DNA of 64,000 nt from a virus. This document shows, piece by piece, positions 39,525 through 48,137 of this stretch. The notes beneath the pieces are model-generated. The model saw only the letters and a program-made list of their open reading frames with translations, was not told the origin of the DNA and searched no databases. The stretch spans positions 115,627 to 179,626 of the IMG/VR virus record IMGVR_UViG_3300027631_000002. One strand, written 5' to 3'. Positions within the stretch are counted from its first letter, which is position 1; each line of letters begins with the position of its first letter. The position numbers were made by a program, and so were the translations under genes.

Positions 39525-40595
39525 TTAAGAGTTGTATTTAAAATTATGATTCTCTTCAATATTTAGAAGAGTTTCGTAAATCAACTCTATAACATTTTTA
39601 ATATCTTCCTTATGAACAGTTTCACAAGTTGTGTGCATGTACTTGAGTGCTAAAGAAATAAGTGCAGAAGGAGTACCACCATTCGCATAAGCAAACGCAT
39701 CGGTATCTGTTCCAGTTGATCTTGAAGATGCTGCTAACTGGTGAGGGATTTTTTTAGCCGTTGCAGTATCCAAAATCAATTTTCTCAATTTATTATGAAC
39801 TGCAGGACCTCTTGTAATAACACCTCCATCACCAGCAATGTGATCACCTTGTTTACTTGCGGTATAGCAAGGTGATGATGTTTCATGACAAACATCAGTA
39901 ATAATAGCAACATTTGGTTTAATTGTGTGTGCAATCATTTCAGCACCACGTAATCCAATTTCTTCTTGAACTGAATTAACAATGTAAAGTTTAAATGGTA
40001 GTTTTTTACCTTTCTCTTTTAATTTTCTTGCAACCTCGGCAATCATAAAACCACCAATTCTATTGTCAAGAGCTCTACCAGAGTAGTAATCTTTACCAAG
40101 TTTCATCAACTCATCTTTAAAAGTAACTACAGTACCAACTTGAATACCCATCTTGGCAACATCCTCTTTTGAAGAAGCACCAATATCGATAAAAATTGAA
40201 CTTAAATCAACCTCTTTCTTTCTATCAGCAATATGTATCGCTGGATGTCCAAAGACGCCTGTAACGACTCCTTTTTCTCCCCATAGATTTACTCTCATAG
40301 AAGGAGCAATTTGTACGTCAGAGCCACCATTTCTGATAACTCTAATATATCCTTTTGAGTCAATGTAGTTTACAAACCAACTGATTTCATCAGAGTGTGC
40401 TTCGATAACAACTTTAAAGTCAGACTCTAAATTACCGGTAACACCATAAGCAGTACCATAATTATCAAGTTCTACAGAATCGACATACTTTTCAATATTG
40501 TCCATCCAAACTTTTTGTCCACCTAATTCATACTCAAAACCTGTTGGAGAAGTACTGTTCAAGTACTCTTTTAAAAACTTTTTGTTTAATTTCAT
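39525..40595 (-). CDS. M42 family aminopeptidase (TET/FrvX-like)
   Basis: AHSDEI, ALDNRIG, QEEIGLRGA, DVCH, YMHT metal-ligand motifs. Confidence 0.9.
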   Translation of the reverse strand: MKLNKKFLKEYLNSTSPTGFEYELGGQKVWMDNIEKYVDSVELDNYGTAYGVTGNLESDFKVVIEAHSDEISWFVNYIDSKGYIRVIRNGGSDVQIAPSMRVNLWGEKGVVTGVFGHPAIHIADRKKEVDLSSIFIDIGASSKEDVAKMGIQVGTVVTFKDELMKLGKDYYSGRALDNRIGGFMIAEVARKLKEKGKKLPFKLYIVNSVQEEIGLRGAEMIAHTIKPNVAIITDVCHETSSPCYTASKQGDHIAGDGGVITRGPAVHNKLRKLILDTATAKKIPHQLAASSRSTGTDTDAFAYANGGTPSALISLALKYMHTTCETVHKEDIKNVIELIYETLLNIEENHNFKYNS

Positions 40596-40676
40596 TTTAG
40601 ATATTTTAATGTTCTTATGTTATACATGAAAATGTAATTTAGTTTAAACAAAGTTATCAACTTTGATATAATCATT

Positions 40677-41003
40677 ATGAAATTTAGACTAATAAATGAC
40701 TTTATATTAAATACTGGATTTGGTGAAGAAATAATTCTCCAAAAAGGAGATATTACTGAACCTAATGAAAATGGTGATTATTCATTTCCTAAAATAAGTA
40801 GAACATTTACTAAAGAAGATTTACTTTCAAAACCTGAGTTATTTGAAGAGTTACTTGAATTAAAATTGGATGTAAGAGAAATTACTGAAGATGATGATAA
40901 TAAAATAGGTAATTGGAGAATACAACTTGATGTAAAAACATCAAGAAAGAAATTAAAGGAAATAGAAAAGTTTATAAGAGAGAATGTAAATGAAATGCTT
41001 TAA
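40677..41003 (+). CDS. Hypothetical protein
   Basis: ORF 4 nt after AAAC-N17-TATAAT. Confidence 0.7.
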   Translation: MKFRLINDFILNTGFGEEIILQKGDITEPNENGDYSFPKISRTFTKEDLLSKPELFEELLELKLDVREITEDDDNKIGNWRIQLDVKTSRKKLKEIEKFIRENVNEML

Positions 41004-41270
41004 TTATTTAAAAAAACCAAATCTTTTCATTCTAGTTTTACTTAACATTTTACTATACTCATCAATTATATAAGATCTTAATTCATCATCCAGTTCAATA
41101 CCCATTTCAAATGCTCTTTCAAAGTCATCTTCACTTGAGAAACTAACTTCTCCATTTATTACTTTAAATGAGAATTCTTGGTCATCAATGAAAACTTCAA
41201 GGTTATTACCATGAACATCAAATGGTTCAATATCAAAATTGAATTCTTCAAATAATTTTAAGTGTTTCAT
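41004..41270 (-). CDS. Tagged acidic hypothetical protein (MKHLKLFEEF)
   Basis: ORF plus shared motif. Confidence 0.7.
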   Translation of the reverse strand: MKHLKLFEEFNFDIEPFDVHGNNLEVFIDDQEFSFKVINGEVSFSSEDDFERAFEMGIELDDELRSYIIDEYSKMLSKTRMKRFGFFK

Positions 41271-42241
41271 TACTCTTCTGTTTTCAATAAGTCTTCTAAA
41301 TATAAGTATATATATTTGTGGTATCTTTTTAAGATAAATGGATCAACATTTCTTTTAATATCACCATATAATCTAAATCTACCGGAATTTTGTGTAAGTT
41401 TATCTATTCCTTCTTTAGGAGTTGTGATTGTTGGAAACATAGTAACTATTTCTTTAGCAACTGAAAAAGCAAACGCCATAACCTCATCTTTATTAGAGAA
41501 ATATTTTTTCTGATCTTTTGGTTCTGGTAAAGGCATATCTATATTTGGTCTTCTAGAATGTTGTCCTACGTGAATTTGTTCATGTTTAAGTATGTCACCA
41601 AGTGGAACTTGATCAAAGAAGTCTTTTGGTATAAAAGGCATTGGTAAATTTAAAACAACTCTAGGTCTTTTCGTAACTGGATTTACTAACGCAAAAAACT
41701 GAGCAGATCTTGGTGGTGCAGTTGCTTTATCTCTTTCTGGTAAATCATTTAAGAAAGTATTATAATCTACAATCTCTATATCATACTCTGCTCCGAGTGT
41801 AGTCAATTCTGGTATTTGAAATCTATGATGTCTCGGATATGTATTGATTTCCCCCATTAAACCATCTACTGCCTCATTTTTGTAATCAACGATTGCCTCA
41901 TTTACTTTACTTTCAGATATACCTAATATAGAGTGAATATCTTGTTCAATCATTTCAACTCCTGCTTCCATTGATTCTACTTCCTCTTCAAAGTCAAGTA
42001 CGTCATTTGCAATTTTAGTAACTTTCATATCATCAATGTCAAATTCATATCTAACATTCATACCATTTGCTGAGAAATTTATAAACAACTCATGGTCATC
42101 TTTATTCTCCCACTCATATATAAGTGTATCACTATTTTCAGTGTTGTCAAGTAAATCTTTGATTTCTTGCATTCTCATGTCTAAATAACTATCTGGGTTA
42201 GTGACATTCTCGTTGATAAATTGGTTCCAGTTTTTAATCAT
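41270..42241 (-). CDS. Tagged putative zincin metallopeptidase
   Basis: MIKNWNQFINE; KHEQIH (HExxH) followed by DEVMAFA. Confidence 0.55.
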   Translation of the reverse strand: MIKNWNQFINENVTNPDSYLDMRMQEIKDLLDNTENSDTLIYEWENKDDHELFINFSANGMNVRYEFDIDDMKVTKIANDVLDFEEEVESMEAGVEMIEQDIHSILGISESKVNEAIVDYKNEAVDGLMGEINTYPRHHRFQIPELTTLGAEYDIEIVDYNTFLNDLPERDKATAPPRSAQFFALVNPVTKRPRVVLNLPMPFIPKDFFDQVPLGDILKHEQIHVGQHSRRPNIDMPLPEPKDQKKYFSNKDEVMAFAFSVAKEIVTMFPTITTPKEGIDKLTQNSGRFRLYGDIKRNVDPFILKRYHKYIYLYLEDLLKTEE

Positions 42242-42311
42242 AAATTATATATTAAAAACTATTAAACAAAAAATGTACTTTTTTATATAATCTCTAATAA
42301 TTAAATTAAAT

Positions 42312-43094
42312 ATGGCAGGAAAAGTAAAGTTAAAAGTAGTACCAAGTATGTTTAGTGACTTCATCGAGAAGTTAAATACCGTAGCATCCATTGATGACAC
42401 CGTTAAATTAAAGATAGATAATGAAAATATTCTAATGTATGCAATGTTAGGTGGTGGTAATGTTATTTTGGCATTTAAAAACTTCTTACTACCTACAAAA
42501 GAATACTTTGATAATGATATGGAAGATTTTTCATTAGACATTATCATACCATCTGCTAAAAAGTTCGTAAAAAACTTAGCATTCATAAAAGATATGGACA
42601 AAATAGGATTTGATGTTTCTTATAAAGAGTCACCAGATGATGATTCATTATATATTGCAAGAGGACTTCAAATATCTTCTGGTAAATTTAAAGTAAATTG
42701 GTTAGGTGGTGAAGGTGGAACAATAAGAGATATTGGTAAAGCAGCATTAGCTCAACGATTAGATGTTAGAAATAAAAAATGGACTTTTAATATTCCTAAT
42801 AGTGATTTCTTAGACATTAAAAAGTTATCTGGTATAAATGGTGAAAGAATTATAAATATGGATGTTGTTAAAGGAATTGTTACTTTATCAGAGAAATCTT
42901 CTTGGGAATTAGAAGTTGATAATCTAAACGATGATAGAGTTGCCAGTTTAATTTTAAATAAAAGATTTTTAAGTTGTATAAATGATAAGATGGAATCAAT
43001 AGAATTTATTATCTTTGATAACTTTATGTTGATAAAAGATGAAAACTCAAATTTAATGTTGAGCTTTGAACAAGACTTTAGTGACGATGAGTAG
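42312..43094 (+). CDS. gp45: Sliding clamp, gp45/PCNA-like (tentative)
   Basis: About 260 aa with a two-domain alpha/beta pattern; lies near the polymerase; the clamp loader is in the window. Confidence 0.5.
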   Translation: MAGKVKLKVVPSMFSDFIEKLNTVASIDDTVKLKIDNENILMYAMLGGGNVILAFKNFLLPTKEYFDNDMEDFSLDIIIPSAKKFVKNLAFIKDMDKIGFDVSYKESPDDDSLYIARGLQISSGKFKVNWLGGEGGTIRDIGKAALAQRLDVRNKKWTFNIPNSDFLDIKKLSGINGERIINMDVVKGIVTLSEKSSWELEVDNLNDDRVASLILNKRFLSCINDKMESIEFIIFDNFMLIKDENSNLMLSFEQDFSDDE

Positions 43095-43275
43095 TAAAAT
43101 GACCTGGAATTGGAATATAATTGGTAATGATCAAAGATTAGTATTCAAAATACCACTAGAATCATTGAAGTCAAAAAATAGATGGTGGGAAATCTGGAAA
43201 AAGAATTCTTACAATTTTAAAAACAAATATATAAACAGACAAATAAAAATAATAAAAATATTCAACATTGAATAA
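43087..43275 (+). CDS. Small Trp-rich hypothetical protein
   Basis: Overlaps the clamp stop and the IF3 start. Confidence 0.45.
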   Translation: MSSKMTWNWNIIGNDQRLVFKIPLESLKSKNRWWEIWKKNSYNFKNKYINRQIKIIKIFNIE

Positions 43276-43801
43276 AAAACAACTAAATTCTAAAAGAAAA
43301 CACAAAATAAATGATGATATTAAGTCATTTGAAGTTAGACTAATCGTTACAGGTGCCGCACCAGAAGTGATGAAGACTAAAGATGCACTTCGTTTAGCAG
43401 ATTCAGAAGGAAAAGATCTTATTTTAATCAATGAGAATCAAGATCCACCTATTGCTAAAATCGAAGATTACGGTAAATTTCTTTATAACATCGAAAAGAT
43501 GTTAAAAGAACAAAAGAAAAATGCCATAAAATCAGAATTAAAAGAAATAAAACTCTCTTGTGAGATTTCAGACCATGACTTAGAAATTAAAGCTAAGAAA
43601 GGTAAAGAGTTTTTATTAGATAATGATAAGGTAAAATGTGTTATTCAATTAAAAGGAAGACAAAAAGGTAATCCAGATAGAGGACAACTAGTAATGCTAA
43701 AATTTGCCACAATGTTGGACGAGTTTGGATCTGCCGAAAATATACCAAAACTTGAGTCTAGTAAATGGCTTATGATATTAAAACCAAAAAAGAAGAACTA
43801 A
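43268..43801 (+). CDS. infC: Translation initiation factor IF-3 (TTG start)
   Basis: INDDI..EVRLI, DLILI..PPIAKIEDYGKFLY, KEIKL..DHDLEIK, DKVK..KGRQ. Confidence 0.9.
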   Translation: MNKKQLNSKRKHKINDDIKSFEVRLIVTGAAPEVMKTKDALRLADSEGKDLILINENQDPPIAKIEDYGKFLYNIEKMLKEQKKNAIKSELKEIKLSCEISDHDLEIKAKKGKEFLLDNDKVKCVIQLKGRQKGNPDRGQLVMLKFATMLDEFGSAENIPKLESSKWLMILKPKKKN

Positions 43802-43821
43802 TGTTCTTCTTTTTTATTTAA

Positions 43822-43848
43822 AAACTTTTCTATCATGAATCATATAAT
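43822..43848 (+). promoter_or_regulatory. Putative early/middle promoter AAAC-N17/18-TATAAT (representative copy)
   Basis: Recurs before the gp55 region (8779), dam, the lipoprotein, 37018, 40677 and the clamp on the + strand, and before the clamp loader, M42 and primase on the - strand. Confidence 0.65.
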
Positions 43849-43852
43849 ATTT

Positions 43853-45313
43853 ATGACAAAGGATGAAAAAAGACAAAGAATAGAACAGCTGAAAATACAA
43901 GCAGTTCAGTTAAAGAAAGATGTTGAGTATTACAATGCAATGCAGACAGCTCTAAAATTGGTATTAAATGGTAGCTATGTCTAACCCCCACTACGTTATG
44001 TGGTGGGGGTTAGACATAAAAAAAACGGAGCATTTGCAACTGCCTACTTCATATTATATAATAATCACGTAGCAGGTACAATAACGGCACAAGGTCGTGA
44101 TTTAACAAAAACAATGGATAGAGTAAATGAAGATTATTGGTATAACCAATGGCATCTTGATTTTGATGTACATGATAAAGTAGGAATTAAAAATGTTACT
44201 CAAATTGATAAAAGTGAGCATGTGAGTATTTATGCAGATACTGACTCATTATTTGTATCATTTAAACCGGCAATCGATCATTGTGATTGGAATAATCTAG
44301 TTTTAAGTGAGATTGATTCTATAGATAAAAAGTTTATTGTTCTTTCAAAAGCAAAAGTAAAACATAATAATCCGAATTGTGTTGCAGTTGTTCATTCAGT
44401 AGATGAGTTAAAAGATACTATCTGTAATGGTTATGACTTATTAGTATTTGATGGACATTTCATTAAAGATAGAAATCTTAATGGTATGATAAATGATGGT
44501 GTATTTACATCAGAAATAAAATGGAATTGGACTAGTGAATTAGAACTAATTCAAGGTTTAGATCATTTCAGATATGGTGGATATTTCAAACAATGTTTAG
44601 AAGATTATGCTGCTTCATTTGGAGTAGAGAATAAAGAAGACTTTGAGTTAGAGAAAATCTCTGAATCTATTATCAATATAGCCAAAAAGAAATATATTCA
44701 ACATATTGTACATGAGGATGGTATCAACTTTGATCCTATGACTTATATATTCCCTAAAGGAGTTGAACTTGTACGTTCATCCACACCTTTATTTGCAAGA
44801 GATAAGATTGTAGATATTGTAAGATACTTATTTTCTAATCCAGATACATTCAACATTAAAGAATTATTGAAATTAGTTAAGAATTTAAGAAAAGAATTTG
44901 AATTAGCAGATATTGATGATATTGCAATGCAGTCTTCTTGTTCTAACTATGATGCTAAGATTATTGATGATAAGAGTTTGCCTTTAAGATATGTAAATGG
45001 TTCACATTTTGCAGTCAAAGCGGCGGCTTATCATAATTACTTATTAAATTTGGATAGAGTAGCACAACAGAAATATGAATTTATTAAATCGGGTACAAAG
45101 ATTAAGTATTATGTTTGTAAGGATAAAACTGTGAATGATCAGTTTGCTTATATGAGAGGTTCATACCCTCATGAGTTCGCTCCACAGATAGATTATGACG
45201 AACAGTTCGCGAAAGCTATACTTTCCCCGATCAATTCAATTATCGAACCATTAGGTTTACCTGAAATAACTAAACGATTGTCGGTAATAATGGACATATT
45301 CAATGGCTTCTAA
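43853..45313 (+). CDS. gp43: Family B DNA polymerase C-terminal half, interrupted by a 48-nt in-frame insert containing a stop (ORF1 43853..43984, ORF2 to 45313)
   Basis: ORF1 ends QTALKLVLNGSY-V*; the frame resumes at GAFATAYF..TITAQGR; IYADTDSLF, AKKKY and KGVELVRSSTP follow. Confidence 0.88.
43976..44026 (+). other. 19-bp GC-rich hairpin plus A7C spacer inside polymerase motif B
   Basis: TATGTCTAACCCCCACTAC-GTTAT-GTGGTGGGGGTTAGACATA, with one G.U pair. Confidence 0.9.
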
Positions 45314-45343
45314 TAAAAAATCCTCTCAATTCGAGAGGATTTT

Positions 45344-45655
45344 TTATTCTAAATCTTTCTTTAACTTTGTAGACCAGGTTGGTATATAATTGATTGGCAT
45401 ACCAAATGGAGCACCACCAGTGTCACCATTTAATAATGATTGTATTTGTTCTTCGATACCAGTTATGAATTTAATTTTTTCTTCAAAAGGCATGCTATCA
45501 TGATAATATATCCATTCAAGTAGTTCTTCCATAAATTTTATAGTAGTAGTTCCTTCTTTTGGTTGTTCAGTAGGTTGAAACTCTCCATTAGGACCTACAA
45601 ATCTTTTATTGTCTTCACTTTCATTAAATTTATTAAATGTATCAATTCTTTTCAT
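45344..45655 (-). CDS. Tagged hypothetical protein (MKRIDTFNKFNES)
   Basis: ORF plus shared motif. Confidence 0.65.
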   Translation of the reverse strand: MKRIDTFNKFNESEDNKRFVGPNGEFQPTEQPKEGTTTIKFMEELLEWIYYHDSMPFEEKIKFITGIEEQIQSLLNGDTGGAPFGMPINYIPTWSTKLKKDLE

Positions 45656-45660
45656 ATACT

Positions 45661-46389
45661 TTATGTTTTTGCTACTACCTTATCTTCTTGAAATGTGAAG
45701 AAATTTCCTTCTATTACAACATCTTTACCTCTTACAATAATAAATGATTGTCCTTTATAAACGATTAGGTAGTCTGTATTCAACGATAATGATCCTTGTG
45801 AGTGAACTTTCACTTTTCTTGTTGATTCGCTAATAACTGCTTTATCATAAGGTTTAACTTGAATAGTTACTTCTTTACCTAAGTAAATAAATTTCCCATC
45901 GATTCCAGAAATATCTTCTTCAACTGTTGGCGGAATAAAGTTTACTGATATTCCTTTCTTTTCTTGTAATGATTGTTTAAAAAATCTTAAAGAATCTTGT
46001 TCTCCTACATTTCCTCTTCTAGAAGTATTTATTAAAACTGGTAAAGTAATACGTTTAAAGTATCTACCTTTCCAGTGATATATCTCTTTCATATTATTAG
46101 TCATATAGTGATAGAATGCGGCTTCTGTTCTAATAGAGTTTTCTCTAATTATTGATTTGAATACCGTATAGTTATTTACCATTTTACTGATATATTCGCT
46201 ACTTATAATCTGACCTTCTATGTTTAAATCTTGATTCACTCCATATTTAAAACCAAATGGCTCATATACCTCTTGGATATATTCCTTGATTTTACCATTT
46301 AACCAATCTATTGAGTTAAATTCACCATATTTCTTGGTCATTACGTTTCCTAATTTTAAGGAACTTTCATTTAATTTGATCCATTTCAT
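45661..46389 (-). CDS. Tagged putative PD-(D/E)xK nuclease
   Basis: MKWIKLNES; GNVGE..EEDISGIDG..TIQVKP. Confidence 0.5.
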   Translation of the reverse strand: MKWIKLNESSLKLGNVMTKKYGEFNSIDWLNGKIKEYIQEVYEPFGFKYGVNQDLNIEGQIISSEYISKMVNNYTVFKSIIRENSIRTEAAFYHYMTNNMKEIYHWKGRYFKRITLPVLINTSRRGNVGEQDSLRFFKQSLQEKKGISVNFIPPTVEEDISGIDGKFIYLGKEVTIQVKPYDKAVISESTRKVKVHSQGSLSLNTDYLIVYKGQSFIIVRGKDVVIEGNFFTFQEDKVVAKT

Positions 46390-46420
46390 AATGTATATAT
46401 AAAAAAATAATATATAAATT

Positions 46421-46627
46421 ATGAAAGAAGATGAAATATATCCATATTATCTAAAACATTTAGATAACAGACTTACGGAAGGTAAATTAAGTAGAGGTTC
46501 TTTTTCTCTTTTACGAATTAGCGAAAGTGCTTTTAATGATTTTAAATATAGATTTGAAAATGATAAAGAATTTTCCCTTCAATTTAAGCGAGATAAGAGG
46601 ATTGATGATCTTTTTAATGATATATAA
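46421..46627 (+). CDS. Small hypothetical protein
   Basis: Ends KRDKRIDDLF. Confidence 0.65.
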   Translation: MKEDEIYPYYLKHLDNRLTEGKLSRGSFSLLRISESAFNDFKYRFENDKEFSLQFKRDKRIDDLFNDI

Positions 46628-46642
46628 AAAATATATAGTTGT

Positions 46643-47116
46643 ATGAAAAGTATAGTAGCAGAAGAATTTTCCGGTCAAGAAAAGACTGATGAATTACTAG
46701 ATAAAATATCTAAGTATGGTATAATATCTTTGACTATACATGAAAAAGACTTTTTAGACGCAGTTTCTTTAGGTGATGAAGAAGCAGTTAAAACTAAGAT
46801 GAGGATTTTAAGTACTGATACTATTTTTGAGGATGATTACTTTAAATTTGAATTAGATGATATAAAGTATGAAGAAGATGGTATTGAATATATTGGTACT
46901 TTATATGTACCAGATTTAGAGAAATCGCATAAAACAATAGAGGGAAACTTAAAAGGTAAAATAATACTTTATAATACCGGTGCTTATTCACTTGATTTTT
47001 TAAAAGTTGTAAATGATAAGGGTAAAGTAGTGGAATATGATGTTTTTGAGTTTTGTGGTGGATTAGAATATGAATTAGATAGCTTTATAGACTATGTGGT
47101 TCAAGAATTAGAGTAA
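46643..47116 (+). CDS. Hypothetical protein with an N-terminal DUF6576-like helix
   Basis: DELLDKISKYGIISLTIHEKDFL. Confidence 0.65.
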   Translation: MKSIVAEEFSGQEKTDELLDKISKYGIISLTIHEKDFLDAVSLGDEEAVKTKMRILSTDTIFEDDYFKFELDDIKYEEDGIEYIGTLYVPDLEKSHKTIEGNLKGKIILYNTGAYSLDFLKVVNDKGKVVEYDVFEFCGGLEYELDSFIDYVVQELE

Positions 47117-47164
47117 AAACAGGTATTTTAAATTTAATATATAATAAAAAAATAATTATTTGAT

Positions 47165-47707
47165 ATGATTAAAAAGTATAATCAATTCGTAGATGACAAA
47201 ATAAATGAAGAGTTTACTGCTGGACCTGAACAAGCTCCTGCACCTACAAGAAGAGAAACGGAAACTCCATCTAGACCAGATACAGATAGACCTACTGCTC
47301 CTAGACCAACTAGACCAGGTGTTATCCCAGATGATGTTCCAAGTGAACAAGATAATCCATTGGCTAAAAATAATCCATTTGAACAAGAGTTTGAAGGTGG
47401 TGAAGAAGAAGAACAAGAAGATGTTTATTCTAGTAGATTAAAAGAATTGGCACAAGCATTAGGATTAGAATCGGATGCAGTTCAAAACAACAAATTAGAA
47501 TTTGATGGAAAAGAAATTATTTTTCCTTCTGAAACTGAAAAGTTCCACGTTGATAGAAAGAAATTTGATACAGTTGATCAAGTTGTTTCTTATTTACAAG
47601 GTGGTTCTGAAAGAGTTGCTCCTAGATTAGAAGAAGAAGACAGAATTGATCCTGAATTTGAAGCTAAAAGTTATAAATTCTCAAGAAGAGAAAGAAGATT
47701 AAAATAA
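47165..47707 (+). CDS. Tagged acidic, Pro-rich hypothetical protein
   Basis: MIKKYNQFVDDKINEE. Confidence 0.7.
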   Translation: MIKKYNQFVDDKINEEFTAGPEQAPAPTRRETETPSRPDTDRPTAPRPTRPGVIPDDVPSEQDNPLAKNNPFEQEFEGGEEEEQEDVYSSRLKELAQALGLESDAVQNNKLEFDGKEIIFPSETEKFHVDRKKFDTVDQVVSYLQGGSERVAPRLEEEDRIDPEFEAKSYKFSRRERRLK

Positions 47708-47753
47708 TATTTTAATAGATATAAAAAAACCACTCATTTGAGTGGTTTTTGTT

Positions 47754-48077
47754 TTACTGTTGATTTTCCTCAACCGTTGCATCTGCTGAATTACTAACGT
47801 CTGATGCTTTCTTTTCGCTTTGTATTTGGCTAACCATATAACCTGCAACAAGAAACTGAATAGAAGCCCATCCACCAAACTCAATCATAGTCATTGTATC
47901 AAACTTGCTTAATAGAAAAAATATCATTCCCCACTCTGCAATTACAAATCCAATCCCTGACTCAACCCTCTTTTTAGAAAAGTATGAGTCTTCTGTAGAA
48001 TAGATTTTCATAATCTCTGTGAAGAACCATTTGATACTTCCAAAGAATCCTAACTTCTTTTTAACTTGTTCTGCCAT
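47754..48077 (-). CDS. Two-TM membrane protein (holin-like candidate)
   Basis: FSKKRVESG followed by two hydrophobic helices and a polar tail. Confidence 0.45.
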   Translation of the reverse strand: MAEQVKKKLGFFGSIKWFFTEIMKIYSTEDSYFSKKRVESGIGFVIAEWGMIFFLLSKFDTMTMIEFGGWASIQFLVAGYMVSQIQSEKKASDVSNSADATVEENQQ

Positions 48078-48137
48078 AATAAGTCTTTTTTATTTTATAT
48101 ATTAAAACAAAAAACACAAAAAAATAAATAAAATATC

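Noticed and set aside
43982-43984. Genome-wide stop-codon reassignment as the explanation for the polB stop
   Set aside because: The stop is TAA, which ends most genes here. Other genes are intact in code 11, and readthrough would put 16 extra residues into the catalytic motif.
43976-44026. polB hairpin as an intrinsic terminator or group I intron
   Set aside because: No U-tract lies 3' of the stem on either strand (the + strand has an A-tract, and on the - strand the T-tract precedes the stem). 48 nt is far too short for a group I core, and the U|...G| splice boundaries do not fit.
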